Below, one piece after another: positions 11,856 through 25,706 of a stretch of 64,000 nt of DNA (the first letter of the stretch is position 1; every line of letters starts with the position of its first letter). Made by a program: the position numbers and the translations under genes. The stretch spans positions 41,540,001 through 41,604,000 of the forward strand of contig OY740800.1 of the NCBI GenBank assembly GCA_963514005.1, given 5' to 3'. The notes beneath the pieces were generated by a model that did no database searches, was not told the origin of the DNA, and worked only from the letters and a program-made list of their open reading frames with translations. This DNA is from Raja brachyura (taxonomy: Eukaryota).

Positions 11856-14800
11856 AGAGAGTGTGAAAAGTACGAAAATATATCATATGCAGCTTCTTCT
11901 GCTCAAACAATGCCACCGCCTTTGATTTATTTAAAAGATGCGGACTTGGTGGGCCAAAAGCCTGTTTCCTTGCAGTATCTCTACAATAAAACTAAAAATT
12001 TATATCTGACGAGAACCTGGCTTCTTTCTCTTAGATTTGACTCTCAAGTACGAGTTATCGGTTCATATTTGGCTAAGACTATTCGAGCACGAGGCCACAG
12101 GATTTAAACCTGTACTTGAGTGGCCTATGTGACCTTCAGACTCAAGATATGGGACACCATACCCCATCAAAACACAGTGTGGTTAAGATGGAACTACTAA
12201 AAATGAATTAGACCACATGTTTAAAATACTTGGAGTAAGATCTTATTGACGGTACACTCTAGATCTTGAGAAACTGTCTTCACTGCCCTCTGTGTAGTTC
12301 TGAAATTGAAGAAACAATTCTTATCTCTCCAGAAGTTCTGTTACCAACAAGGTTTGCTTTCAAGAGATCCAAATGACCAGAAATACAATATAATTTTAAA
12401 CCAAATATCAGGTGGTGACAGAATTAAAAGTGATGCGAAGACAGAATTACATAAAATGTACGAAAACATAAATTCCAAATTGTTTTGCCTTTTGCCCCTT
12501 TGCAGAGAGAGATTTGTTTCTGGCCCCACCATCATTCTCTACCAGTAATATAATTAGTGAAACAAAAATATTTGTTTTTATAAATGGACCGCACCTTCTA
12601 ACTTTATTGTACCTCCTCGGCCTTGAAAAGGTGCAGGAATATCATCATATGTGGCACCATTCCATAACGACTGTTACCTCTACCTTCGTTTTAGCACAAA
12701 TTCAATTCTTTAATTCGGAGCCGAAAGCTGCAAAAGTACTCCAAACTGGTATTACCAGGGACTCATGCACAGAAAATACACAGTATTCGCCAGAACTTGT
12801 ATTGAAAAATATGATTGGAGAACATTTAACACTGTTTACTTGTACTGACTGTGACTATTTAAATGAGAATGTTTAGATGTGTTAAATTTGGATTTTCAGG
12901 AGAATTATTCCAAAATCATTTGGCTTATAATCATAAAACACATGGCACAATGATGCAAGTCACATGGTATTGTTTCATTACCACAAGATAACGTCATTGT
13001 GCAAAAATAATGCCATCATCTCCCTTAAATAATGATAGTTTCCTTTTGAGAACATTGCCCCTTTAAATTGTGTGATTAAGACAGGCAATATAATCAAACA
13101 TTGTAGATTTGCAAAAATTGTTTCTGTTACACATGCACAGACCTTTATCAACACTGCAATTTGCTACTGAGACGTCTTCATGTCTATCAGATGCTGCAGC
13201 TCTTATGCCCTGTTCCTGTTGGTTGGCAACTGCCGATGCCAAGCAATATTTTCATTTGGCTGCATCTTTCTCGAGGGAGAAACTGTAGTGCAAGGGAAGG
13301 CTCAACCCATGAAATGTTTATTCATTTTTTATAGAAAAATCTACAAGGGGATAATAAAATAATTTTAAAAATAGTAAATGTTAAAATGTGAAAATTATTT
13401 TATAGTCTGATGCATGAGATTCTCGTCTGTGGCATTCTGTTCGAGAGTTTGGGACTAATGCACCTGCCAATGTATTTGTATGCTGCAAAAGAACAGTTAA
13501 TGGCCTTAGCCCAAGGTCAGGTCATCGACTACAGCATCTGGGTTCTATCCAGGAATTATAAGCTGCCGATTTGTGCCCTATAGCACAAATCGGCTAATCT
13601 CTGTTAGCCGACCTGGCAGCCACAGCAGACCCACAAAATGGCTATGCAGACAAAACAGCCATTTTGTGAAAAATCTTGCTGTAAGAATGCTTGGTCATAC
13701 ACCAAGGGATGCCGTTTCAATAATTTCTGCTTTGAATGCCCTACGCTTCTTTCTTATTTTGGGGAGAATTACGAAAAGATTCTGAAACAAAACACAAATA
13801 GTGGAGATATAAAAGAACAAAAGAAATATCAATCTGAAAGACACAACAACTACGATACAGGTTACACAAGATCAATGCCCCAGAGATAGCACAGGAATAG
13901 TCAAGGGTATGATTCAAACTACACTACGTACTTATAACCTAACTACATGCAGGTGAAGGATATGCAAACATATTTTGAGAGTGGGCAATATACGCACTGA
14001 GCTTCATATTAATCATGTACGTGTAAAAACTTAAGGAATGCTAGTAAAACCTATAATTTTATGTTTTGTAATGTCTTGAATTTTTAGTGCAGGAATATTA
14101 ATTGACAAATATTAGCAACCAGTAAAATATATGGAAGACCATTCTTCAGCTATTGACGAATTTGTTTACAGTCCTGCAACTGCATAGCTACTAAAAACCT
14201 GACAGTTCAGAAATTATTTGACAGCTGAGAAGAAGCCACTTGGAACAGAAATACATTCTTTGATATCCTACAACAAATGAAGCCCAAGGCTGTACGCTTG
14301 CAAAACCTGCACAAAAGTCGTTTCAACTTTGCCTCCTGTTTTCACGGAGGGTGGAGATAATAGGGAAGTGTATCAGGAAATTAATTGAAGGTGAGGTGGT
14401 GGTGAGATGATGATGATGAGGGTGGGGCAAACGCCAAGGATGAGGTTTGGGAAGAATCTTCCTTGAAGTAGGTGGATGCCTTGGGCTCCCCACATATGAC
14501 CCTATTAAGGTTGAATCTCCCAGTGTGAAAACAGACATTGACCCTCTGGTTAAGATCCATTTCTGTACTTCAGGTAAGTGGACCTTTGCCAAGTAGAATT
14601 GTGGACAAGTAAGATCACCAGAGTACAGGGCTGCATCATGCCTGAAGGTTCAGAAATTTAGAAGTATGTTGCCTATATGCAAAGTACCCAGTAAGTCCAC
14701 CAGTTGCTTACTGATAAAAGCTCTTTAGCTAGTGCATCAACATATTGCTTGAAGAAACAGTATTCGGAAACACACACTTTTATTCCTTGTAGAATTATGG

Positions 14801-15044
14801 AGCCATACAACGGATAAACAGGCCTTCAGCCCAGCTTGTCTATGCTGTCCTTGAGGCAGATCAATATACCGGTGATCCCTTTTTCCCACATTAGGCCCAT
14901 ATTTCTTTAACTCTTTCAAATCTGTACCCGTCTAAATATCTATTAAATTTTGCAATTTCAATGCCTCTCACTACTTTTCCTGGCAGGTCATTCCATATAT
15001 ATACCATCCTCCGTGTGAAAAATTGCCCCTTAGATCTCCCTAAT

Positions 15045-15218
15045 GCTAACTGCAGGTACTCAGGAAACGCAGTAACTCGTGAAGTTTTTTCAGTACTGTG
15101 AAAAATGTCCACGAGAGCCCCGAGTACCTACGAGCGGCTATTACCGTAATTCTCCAAGTTCGAATCAGGGGAAACTCGGGAGAACTCTTGCGTTACCTCG
15201 TACAGTGGGACAGGCCCT
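15045..15218. mobile_element. Partial PIF/Harbinger-type MITE (one TIR)
   Basis: Ends gtgggacaggccct followed by TTA. Internal sequence is related to 15244-15540. Confidence 0.7.
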
Positions 15219-15243
15219 TTAATCTCTTCCACTTTCATTCTTA

Positions 15244-15540
15244 AACCCCTGTCCCACGGTACAAGTTCATTCCAAGTGTTCTCGAAGATTTACGGTAATG
15301 GCCACTCGTCGGTACTTGGGGCTCTCGTGGACATTTTTCATCATGTTGAAAAATCTTCACGAGTCTTCCCGTGCTTACCTGCCATTAGCGAGACTTCTCA
15401 AGTACCTGCCGTTAGCGCTAAGAGACGTCCCCGAGCTTCGACGTACCCGCTACGTTCATTCTCCATGCTTACCATGAGTTTGATATTTTTTTAAACTCGG
15501 GAGTGCTCTTGGAATGAACTCGCACCGTGGGACAGGGCTA
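15244..15540. mobile_element. PIF/Harbinger-type MITE
   Basis: TIRs ccctgtcccacggtacaagttcattccaag / cttggaatgaactcgcaccgtgggacaggg, preceded by TTA. CpG-rich. Confidence 0.85.
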
Positions 15541-16281
15541 TACAGCTCCCACATCCTTCCCATAATGCAACAACCAAAACTGTATTCAATACTCCAAGTG
15601 TGGCCTGACCAATGTTTTATACAACTGTAACATGACATCCTAATTCTTAAGCTCAATGCCTTGGCCCATAAAGGCAAGCATTCCAAATGCCTTCTTCGCC
15701 TACCTATTGACCTGTGTTGCCATTTCCAAGGAATTATGAATTTGAACACTAAGGTCCCACAGATGATGCGTTCCTCCAGCTTTTTTTGCTCAAGATTCCA
15801 GCATCTGCAGTCTCTTGTGTCTTCAAAGTCTGCCGAATCTCACCAATGTTTTCAAGTGCTTCAAATTCTGAGGGTATGGAGAAATAGGATTTCTCTCCAT
15901 AGGAAGGTGGGTGCAAATCATATTGGGCAAACTGAAATTCTAAGAAACGGAGGCTATTAAACATGAAAATGTTTCCCATGTGTCAGATATTTAAATACCA
16001 AAAAATAAAATGTCCATTGCATATTAAATTAATCTGTGTCACTTGCATATTTGCTTTAATTTACTTTGCAATTCCAAGAATTTAAATCCCTTAAGTCTCC
16101 AAATTGAGATGAATTCCGTGTATTCAATTTGTAGATCTGGGAGTATGTTACGGTAAATTGATTTTTTTGGATGGAACATACATGTGAATTGTGTCAATTA
16201 TAAATGCCAATACTACCTGCTGATACTGGAAATTGAAGTTCCACTTACAATATTACATTTTAGTGAATTTTTCATGGTTAT

Positions 16282-16500
16282 ATAATGCGTTGGTGAGGCC
16301 GCATTTAGAGTATAGTGTTCAGTTCTGGGCATCAAATTATAGGAAATATGTTGTCAAGCTGGAAAGGGTACTGGGATAGGGTAGGTTTAGAGGGATTATG
16401 GGCCAAACGCAGGCAGGTGGGACTAAAGTAACAGAGACATGTTGGCCGGTGTGGGCAGTTGAACCGAAAGACCCGTTTCCACGCTGTATGACTCTATGAC
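16282..16500 (+). mobile_element. CR1 LINE fragment with 3' tail
   Basis: ttggtgaggccgcatttagagtatagtgttcagttctgg motif joined to a tail ending tgtatgactctatgac. Confidence 0.8.
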
Positions 16501-16809
16501 GCTCTACACCAACCAAACAGACTGATTTATACCTATTCTCTGTTTCCTGTCAATCCTTCGCGAAGCCAGTACGTTACCTCCTACATCATGAGCCTTTATT
16601 TTCCGGAATAATCTTTGACACGACTCCTTACCAGATAGATACCTGTTATCCATAGCACAGGGTAGTGTGGTACATGTAAGATACTTAGGTTTTTAAGCAA
16701 ACTATAAAAATGTGCCAATTGAAAACTACGCTGGAACATAGATTATATTTGTGTGAACCAATAGTTAGCAAGCTGGGAAGTATTCCACAGGAATCAATGC
16801 AAGGATCAG

Positions 16810-16965
16810 TGTGAGGCGTTGCACTTTGGCATGTCAAACCAGGGCAGACTTACACAGTACCCTGGAGAGAGTTGCAGAACTGAGAGAGCTGGGAAACCAG
16901 ATGGATGGTTCCCTAGAAGTGGCGAGTCAGGTGGACAGTGTGGTGAAGGAGGACTTTGGCTCGCT
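16810..16965 (+). mobile_element. CR1 LINE internal fragment
   Basis: tgtgaggcgttgcactttgg...caggtggacagtgtggtgaag, typical of CR1 ORF2. Confidence 0.65.
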
Positions 16966-18147
16966 TTTCACAAAACTGTAATTTAGAAAATGTCAATGAC
17001 AGAAGTAAAAATACATTCTGATACATGAAGATTGGGCATGCCCACAGGTATAACACATTTATGCTGCCAAAAATGTATTGCATAAGGGCTATGACACTGG
17101 CTGGGTCAAGAGGAGAGTTAGGGAAGAAACCGAGACAGTGAATTTGAGGGCTGGAATAATGAGTAGTAATTAGGCAAGGACCTAGGGGTGGGGAGAAGGC
17201 AGTTTTGATTTATGGGGTTAGGGACAGGTTACGACAAGTAGGTGCAGAGGTAATGGTTGAGGCTTCATTTGTGCTTTTGGGGAATCAAAGACCCAAAGCA
17301 AAGTTGAGATTGGTTTAGGGTGGTGGGAATTGAGGGGCAGGACCAGTGGATGAGCGGACCTGCATTAATTGGTGCTCTAGGTGTCTGAAATAAATTGGTG
17401 AGAACAAGGTATATGGGATTGGGGACAGGGTGACGGTTCATTGACTGGTCCCATTATTTTTCGAATGCATTGGTCAAAACAAAAAGTTGTGTAATGTAGA
17501 AGAATTTTTGCCTGAAAGTGAACATCAAAGATCTCACTGCTCTGGCAGGGGGTGGGGGAGGGGGGGGGGGGGGGGGGGGGGGTGACCATGGTCACCCCAG
17601 GCCTATCTTAGTTTAATGGTGCTGTAAATTTGTGTAATGTTCTGGAAATTAAAAATAAATCTCATCAAGCAGAGAAGTGAGAACCACAGCAGAGAATAGT
17701 CAGTTGAATTTTCAGAGTGGCATGAAATGACAAGGAAATAATAATGTTCTGATAAAAATGTTTACCAAATGTGGTCAGTTTTTAGCCTGCGGACTATATT
17801 TCCAAGTAAATTGGGACTTGTGTCATAGATTCCTTTCAATTACTATCTACCAGAACTGTATAGTTAACAGCTGGATGAAGAATCCTTGATGTATTTATTA
17901 ATTAAATGCGTGCATTGCCAGTGTGTCCACATATTTAGTAGATAAATGAGATGGTATAATGCCAGATAGAAAGCATTTGCTCTATTCTGCTCTGGCCAAA
18001 CCGTTAGGTTGCATGTGCCGAATTCCTTCGGGAATCTGCAGTGATGATTCTCTCATAGAATTTAGTGACAAGTTGACCTACACCCGCTTATTGAAACATG
18101 AGTCAGGAATGAGATAGAAGTAATATGTCATTAGATACCATCGCCTA

Positions 18148-18460
18148 CTTTGGTCTTTAGACTTTACTTCAGAGATATAAAGCGGAAACATGCCCTTCGG
18201 CCCACTGAATCCGCACCGACCACCCAGTGCATTAAGCTACACACTCTACGGACAATTTTACAACCTATCGAAGCCAATTCACCTATAAACCTGTTTATAT
18301 AAACCTTTGGAGTGTGGGAGGAAACCGGAGCACCCGGAGAAAACCCATGGTCAAAGGAAGAACGTACGACCTCCACACAGACAGCACCCGAAGTCAGGAT
18401 CGAACCCAGGCCTCTGATGCTAAAAGGCAGCAACTCTACTGTTGTGCAATTGTGTCACCC
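18148..18460 (-). mobile_element. tRNA-derived SINE, HE1/V-SINE-like
   Basis: B-box (ggatcgaaccc at 18397-18407 on +), V-core and tail as in 657-970. Confidence 0.85.
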
Positions 18461-18639
18461 TAGATTCCCTATCACTGAAATCACCACTAATTTCAGGGAG
18501 AGCGCACAAAACCCTCCGGTGCTGTGAGGACATAATGCACTTCAGAACACACCTCTTAGTCTTGTGTATGTGAATGAATGATGTCGCTGACCTTAACTAA
18601 GAAGGCAAGTATGCGTAAATGGTGTTTTTTTAATTTTAT

Positions 18640-18921
18640 ATAACCATATATAACCATATAACAATTACAGCACGGAAACAGGCCATCTCAGCCCTTCCAG
18701 TCCGTGCCGACCATTTATTTTCCCCTAGTCCCATCTACCTGCACTCAGACCATACCCCTCCATTCCCTTCCCATCCATATACCTATCCACTTTACTTTTA
18801 AATGTTAAAATCGATCCTGCCTCCACCACTTCTGCAGGAAGATCATTCCACACAGCCACCACTCTCTGAGTAAAGAAGTTCCCCCTCATGTTACCCCTAA
18901 CCTTCTGTCCCTTAATTCTCA
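18640..18921 (-). mobile_element. CR1 LINE 3' end
   Basis: Encodes RGNFFTQRVVAVWNDLPAEVVEAGSILTFK and carries an (aaccatat)n tail. Confidence 0.9.
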
Positions 18922-19586
18922 TTGTTAACTTAATTCTTGCGCTTTAAGATGTTTTATGGAAACTTTTGAGATTTTAAAAACTATGTACATTATTGAAATC
19001 AGCAACACCTAAAAATTATTTGGAATCTTTGACAGCAGTCACCAGGACTTGCCACCTGAGGTTTAGTCACCATTCATTGTGTCTCATGGGACAACTGTGG
19101 CACACAGGCCTCAGCTTGATTGATCTTGCAGAGCTGCAAAAATACTGTGCAGCCATGGAAAATGTGTAGGGGCGATCGCAGGAAATGGTCCTGACTGAGT
19201 ACAATCCAACCCTGTGTGTCTGAACATTGCTACAAATCCAACTTTTATCTCAGATGCATGACCATTGGGCTGCCCAAGTCTTCTCCACATACTTCAGAAC
19301 ACATCATCAGTTGGCAGAAGAAGAGAAAAATTGGCTTGGATTTTACAGCAAAATGTATGCACTTCCCCACCCAAGCGCCAGCAAGGTCCCCCTAGCCCAA
19401 ACTTGCTGGCAGCTGTTTAGGGTATTTTTCACGCTTCACTCCATTGCGACTTCTCATATCGAAGAAGCGTCAAGTTGCAGCAATTTCCTTGCGCTTATGC
19501 TGGAGAAACACGGACAGGATAGGATAGACACTCCACTTACTTCCGGGGGGGAAAAAATGGGGGGAGAGGAATACGGTTGAGTACCA

Positions 19587-19686
19587 AAGATAGACACAAA
19601 ATGGTGGAGTAACTCAGCGGGACAGGCAGCATCTCTGGAGAAAAGGAATGGGTGACATTTTGGCTCATGACCCTTCTTCAGACTGA
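19587..19686 (-). mobile_element. Penelope-derived repeat (hammerhead-core family)
   Basis: Family tail plus a degenerate core (gacccttcttcagactga on +). Confidence 0.8.
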
Positions 19687-21167
19687 GGTTAATTTTTTAA
19701 CTACGTTTTTTTTTGCTAATGAACTTGTTTTCATTAATTTACGATAATTTTAACAGTTTGCACAGTTTGAAATATTTTTTTATGTTTGTGCACGTCAGAG
19801 GTTTTATTGGGTACCTGGCAGAGCTACCTGCCAAAGTGTGACTTGATGTGATGTCCCACTGCATGGAGATTTCCAGGCAGCCATACACCAGAAGATCCTG
19901 AACTCTACACTACCTATGCACACTTAGGTTTCTATTATCAATGTTTCAGGTACAGGATATTAGAACACTGTTGGATTCATGACATAGATACATTGTGTTA
20001 TCACAATTAAGAAAACATCAAACGCACTTTTATCAACATCTTATCATGAAAGGCATGAGACAGTTATACCCATGCAACTTGTTTTTTTTAAGTTTGTGAA
20101 CAGTTTCACAATTAGAATAGCATACTATGTGTGGAGAAAGTGTATTAAAAAGCCCACTTAAATCGCATTTCAATATTATCTGTAAAAATTCTGCCGCAGA
20201 GTTCAACAGAAAAGTCGCAGATTTATGAAACACGGTTTATATTTATATTTTGCAATGCGAAGTAAATGTGAATCTTATAACTAAAACAGTGATAGAAAAT
20301 GAATACTGAACTATAATAAAATCACATTCAAGAAGGATATGTGACATTTTGGCTCAACAATTGAAAGGGACAGATGGAGCAAAGTCTAGCATTGCACCGA
20401 GTTCATTGAGTTGAGAATAGATGAGTTCAATAAGGCCACATCAGTTCAACTTTGGTTTTGTGCCACAGGTCAACTATTAGTGATACTTGTAAATAAAAGA
20501 GTAGCACTGGCAGCAGCTGTCACTGGTGGCAAGCACATTAAGCCTGGCAGTTACTTTTAGTAGTCAATTAACAAAGGTGTATAAAAGAAATACCATGTTA
20601 ATTTGAGAACATGCTGCACACGTTAAGTACCTTTGTAATACTATCTATGCCTGTTGTTTTTCTATTGCTATATTTACATACAGAGTGAGATTAAAGTAAA
20701 CACTGACTGGTATGAGTGGCCACCTGTTTATAACAGATACATTTACAGTCCAAATACTTTTCTCAGTGCAAATAAAAAGAGCTGCAATCTCGGTTCACAG
20801 GTCACGTATAAATGCTGACGAAGCTACGTATCTTTAAGCCAACAAGAAGCTGTTTCACCTCTCTTAGAACAGTACCCCATACTCTGTGTCTTCATTTTTC
20901 ACATCAGTTATCATAATGTCCTCCAGGAGTAACACTGACAGTTTCTGACAGCATATTTTTTCTTTTACTATTATTAATAAGCTGATGCCTTGTACAAATG
21001 AATTGAGAATATCCCAAATTAATTCCACTTAAAATGGATTTCAAACCATCACTTTGGGTGGTGAACTGAGATCTAGATGATGAACCATAATCTCCCAAAC
21101 AAGTCTACTTCCTCACTGTCCAAATTAAAGAAAACATAATATTTAAGCACATCATTTAGAATGACTT

Positions 21168-21302
21168 GTGTAGGAAGGAACTGCAGATGCTGGTTTAAAC
21201 CGAAGAAAGCTGGAGTAACTCATCAGGTCAGACAGCATCTATGGAGAAAAGGAATAGGGGATGTTTCAGGACAAGACCCTTCTTCAGACTGAGAGTCAGA
21301 GG
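21168..21302 (-). mobile_element. Penelope-derived repeat (hammerhead-core family)
   Basis: aggaactgcagatgctgg...gtttcaggacaagacccttcttcagactgagagtcag. Confidence 0.8.
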
Positions 21303-21574
21303 AAAGGATAACTTGTTTGGCTTGGAGATGGTCTTCATAAATAGCTGCTCAAAGGATCTATTGATTTGACTTTTGGTGAATTGTAACACCACCGCCATAG
21401 GCTCATCTGGATATGTGAATGCTTATCCATCCTCAATGGAAATAGTAATTCATCCCATTTACTGCATAGTATGCTTCCCATATTTCCAATAATTGTTTTT
21501 AAAAAAAACATGTGCATTATTCTAAATCCATGGAGAATATGGATCTCTGTCCTGGGCCCCGTACATCAATGCAA

Positions 21575-22260
21575 TCATAAATAAAGCTCATCAACTCCCT
21601 TAGAAGATTGAGGCGATTTGGTACGTCAACACTGTTGAACTTCGGTAGAGAGCAAATTGACTGGTTGCATCAAGGCTTGATGGCCAGGAGAATGCAAAAA
21701 GTGGTGGACACGGTCCCATCCATCATGGGTACAGGTGTCAGGAGTAATGGGAAGCAGGCAGGGGAATGGGGTTAAGGTAAAGATAGATTAACCATGGTTG
21801 AATGGCAGAGTTGACATGATGGACTCAGTAGCCTAATTATGCTCCTCTCATTTATGAACTCCCTGCAATCAAAGGAATCTATGAACCAAGTGTGGCTGGC
21901 TCAAAGCAGCAGCCAGCATCATCACTACCCTGGCCATGCTTTCATTTTACTCTGACCATTGGGAAGGAGATATTGCAGTCTGAAAAGTGTGACCACCAAG
22001 TTCATGAATTGCTTCTTCCCAACAACCATCAGGCTCTTGAACCTTATAAACACTAAATAAACCGCAAACTGCAAACTGTCTTGGTTGCACCAATGACTTT
22101 GGGCTTTTTGCAATGATATTGGATGTTTTAATTGAATTAATTTTTTGGTTTATTTTGTTATCTATGAGTACTGTGTTCACCAGCCTGTTGGTCCGCTGCA
22201 AGAAAGAATTTCATTGTTTTGTTTTCTGTACATATGATAATTAAATCCTCTGGATTCTTG
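21575..22260 (+). mobile_element. Rex1/Babar-type LINE 3' fragment with nested CR1 tail (~21733-21858)
   Basis: Decayed motifs LRRLRRFG, LTGCI, QKVVDT, PGHA...GRRY.SL..TTKF.N.FFPTTIRLLN, which I recognise as the Rex1/Babar ORF end. Confidence 0.75.
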
Positions 22261-23309
22261 AGAAGGTTAAAAAAATCTGAAGAATTTTGCATTAATTAAA
22301 GATATGTTAACGGACATCATGTAATCCCTAGCACACTGACCACAACATTCATGCCTCACCCGCTGTGTTTCTCCAGCATTTATGTCTCCCCACAACATTC
22401 ACAGATGGGCATGGGGGCATGGGTCGATCTTTTTCCCTAATCCTGGCAAAAAAGGGGTTGGTAGCTAATGGATGAATGAATCAAAATTGAATTGAATACT
22501 CTATTTAAGAACTTCATCAGTAAATCCTAATCAAGATGAACTAAATCTTATGTAAATCAATGATAAAATAACCTGCTTAGAGAAATAAAAATAAAATACC
22601 CGTGTATTTGTAACGTTTTGAGTTCGTCAAGTACGTTTAATTTTACAGATAATCATGAAAGATGTCAATTGATAACTACTACAGAGGTTAAAACAGGAAT
22701 ATCTTAACCACCTCTCTGGAAAGACCCAAAGGAATGATCTCATAAAAAGGATCAAAGAAAATCACTGACCTAGCCATTAGGAGAGATGTTAGCAGAAGAT
22801 ATTAGCAGAAGATTGCACATTAAATTTGCATCAAGTAGAATAAGAAAAAACGGCATCTATTTTCTCTTCAACCTCCTAGAAATCATCTTTGTCCTTCATT
22901 GTTAGGACCTGGTAAGACTCCAGTTGGTTGGAATTGGTCTGGTGGTCTTTCAGAGACTGGGTCAGATCTAGCGATGTGCAACCAAGAAAAAAAAAATACA
23001 AAATACAAATTGTAGTTCAGGCTATAACTTTGCAAATCTTCCCAAGATTTAGAGTGGAAAGCATTTGACTATTAGCTGAATTAATTGTTTCTGGATATAG
23101 ATACTCCCGTTGCTAATACTGGTGACATGGGCAAAGTTGATGGGGTTTTTTCTCTGATTTTGTCCACCTTGTTCTGAAGAAACTGACTCTTTTGGAGGGT
23201 ACAGTTCAATAGCTGTCAATCATCACCTCCTAACCATTAAAACGTGCATGTGCTCAAGATGAGTATTTACTGACATTCTTAATATAGAACATAGATAATA
23301 CAACAGAGG

Positions 23310-23532
23310 AACGGCAAGGATGTGAGTGCTTGGAACACATTGCCAGGGGCGGTGGTGGAGGCAGATGAGATATTGGTGTTTAAGAGGCTTTTGGTTAGGC
23401 CCATGGAAGTACACGGAATAGTGGGATGTGTATCATGTACAGGAAGATAAGATCAGTTTAATTGGCATCATGTTTGGCACAAACAATGTGGGCTGAAGGG
23501 TCCGTTCCTGTGCTGTATTTTCCACGTTCTAC
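23310..23532 (+). mobile_element. CR1 LINE 3' end (decayed)
   Basis: tggaacacattgccaggggcggtggtggaggcag...gggctgaagggtccgttcctgtgctgta. Confidence 0.8.
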
Positions 23533-23894
23533 TCAAATTGAGTAATGTAATCTTCTATATGCATCTGAGAAGTCATGGGTGATTTGGGTTTAACTTCGCA
23601 AGCAAAATAAAACATAACTGACAACTCAGCATTTTTTCAGCAGAAATCATGAATATGTGCTAAAGGCCTAAAAGAGTTCACAGGTGTGGAGGTGTCAGGG
23701 GTACGAATGCTGCCAATGATTCAAAGCTGACATGTCAGTTAATTGATGTGTTGGTAATTGCAAATATGATTAATATTCACAGCCACCTTACTTAACAAGC
23801 TCAAAAGGCAATACCACACCCTGGAATATTAGGATTGCCAAATGTTATCATTTAAAAAATACATACATGATTCTGTAAACCACAGATAGGATAC

Positions 23895-24006
23895 TGTGAA
23901 AGGCTCGATTGTAATCATGTATTGACTTTCCGCTGAGTGGTTAGCACACAACAAAAGCGTTTCACTGTACCTCGGTACACGTGACAATAAACTAAACTGA
24001 ACTGAC
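23895..24006 (+). mobile_element. Rex1/Babar-type 3' tail
   Basis: tttcactgtacctcggtacacgtgacaataaactaaactgaactga: stem-loop plus microsatellite tail. Confidence 0.65.
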
Positions 24007-24409
24007 ACATAATTTGATGCTTACAATTTCAATGAGAAATCTTTGAGACCTTCATGCTCTTCTTGATGTTTGCTCTTACAATACAAGGTCTCAAACCCAT
24101 TTGATCCCACTGTCTTGTTTCAGCCCCTCCACTTGATCTGGCAATTACTAATGAAGTCAAAGTTATGAATTACTTAGATTTTCTAGATCTCTTGTCAATA
24201 AACAGATACCAGGATAGCAACGGTTCATTCAATCAATGATGAGGACAGATGGTGGTGCTCAGGGAAAAAATGCTGTGAAAGATATGCACAAATGCATACA
24301 TTATCACACAAATGCTGTATCGTTCAGTAACAAACTATTAGCTTTCTGAAGATATTTTCAGGACCTAATAATTATGGTCAGGGTCATATAACCTAAAAGA
24401 TTCTAAATA

Positions 24410-25410
24410 TGTCATAAAGTCATATGGCACTCTAACAGGCTCTTCGGACCAACTTCCATGCTGCCCAAGATGCCTGTCTAAGCTAGTCCCATTTACCCCT
24501 ACATGGCCCATATCCCTCCAAACAATTCCTATTCATGTACCTATTCAAGTGGATTCTAAATTTTGTTAATACACATACCTTAACTACTTTCTCTGCAGCT
24601 CATTCCATATATTCACCATCCTCTTTGTGAGAAAGGTTAATATTGAATCTTTACCTTCTCACCTTAAACCTATGCCTTACTCTAGGAAAATATTATTTGC
24701 ATTCACCCTATCTTTGCCCATTATGATATTATAAACCTCTACAAAATCACTCCTCAACTTGCTGCACTCCAACGAATAAAGTCCTAGCCTGCCCATCCTC
24801 TCCATATAGCTCAGGACCTCTTTGTAAACTTTCTCTGCACCCTTTCCAGCATAATGGCATCTTTCTTTTAGAGGGCTGACCAAAAACTGAACATAGTACT
24901 CCAAGTGTGGCTTCACCAACATCCTGTACAACTGTAACATAGTGTCCAAACTTCGGTTCCTGACCTGAAACATCACCTGTCCATGTACTCAAGAGATGCT
25001 GCCTGACTCGTTGAGTTACTCCAGCACTTTGCGTATTTTCTTCCCCCAACGTCTTCACTCATTTCTCTGACTGAAGAAGGCTAACATGCCATAAGCCTTC
25101 TTCACCACCCTATGTACCTATGATGCCACTTTCAGGGAATTATGTACTTATAGGCCTAGATCCCTCTGCTCTCCAACGCTACACAGGACCCTACAGTTCA
25201 CTGTAAAGGTCCTGCCCTGGTTTGATGTCCCAAAATGCAATACCTCACACTTGTCTAAATTACAATAGCCACTCTACTACCAATTTGCACAGCTGATCAA
25301 GAATCTGATGTAACTCCTGATAACCATCTTCACTGTCTTTCATATCATCTATTTTAGTGTCATCTGCAAAGTTACTAATCATGCCTTGTACATTTTCATT
25401 CAAAGCGTTG
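24410..25410 (-). mobile_element. CR1 LINE ~1 kb fragment with nested Penelope-derived repeat (~24955-25040)
   Basis: MLQLYRMLVKPHLEYYVQF and LGLYSLE motifs, the ttagtgtcatctgcaaa (FADDTK) RT motif, and the nested family tail. Confidence 0.88.
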
Positions 25411-25517
25411 ACATGTATTATGTTTTATCATGTTTTATTAAAAAAAACCTTCTCATGAAGTTATAATGCTACAAGCCTAAGATGGAGAAATCACTAGCGT
25501 GATAGTTCATAAACGAG

Positions 25518-25706
25518 AGTAGACGCATGTTGGAGCAACTCAGCGGGACAGGCACCATCTCTGGAGAGAAGGAATGGGTGACGTTTCAGGTCGAGACCCT
25601 TCCAGGGTCACCCATTCCTTCTCTCCAGAAATACTGCCTGTCCCGCTGAGGTTCTCCAGCATTTTGTGTCGATCTTTAATTTAAACCAGCATCTGCAGTT
25701 CTTTTG
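25518..25706. mobile_element. Fold-back copy of the Penelope-derived repeat
   Basis: Inverted arms ctcagcgggacaggca...ctggagagaaggaatgggtgac / gtcacccattccttctctccag...tgcctgtcccgctgag. Confidence 0.85.

Larger units (their letters stand above)
14790..15752 (-). mobile_element. CR1 LINE fragments interrupted by two MITEs
   Basis: CR1 ORF2 motifs (FFTRRMVYIWNDLPGKVV; ttggtcaggccacacttggagtat) on both sides of the MITE insertions. Confidence 0.8.

Noticed and set aside
14320-14640. Possible Penelope RT relic on the minus strand (also ~17290-17545)
   Set aside because: Only vague purine-rich resemblance. No motif is clear enough to call.
17547-17583. Poly-G tract as a functional G-quadruplex
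   Set aside because: A simple homopolymer of a kind common in this window and prone to assembly error, with no supporting context.
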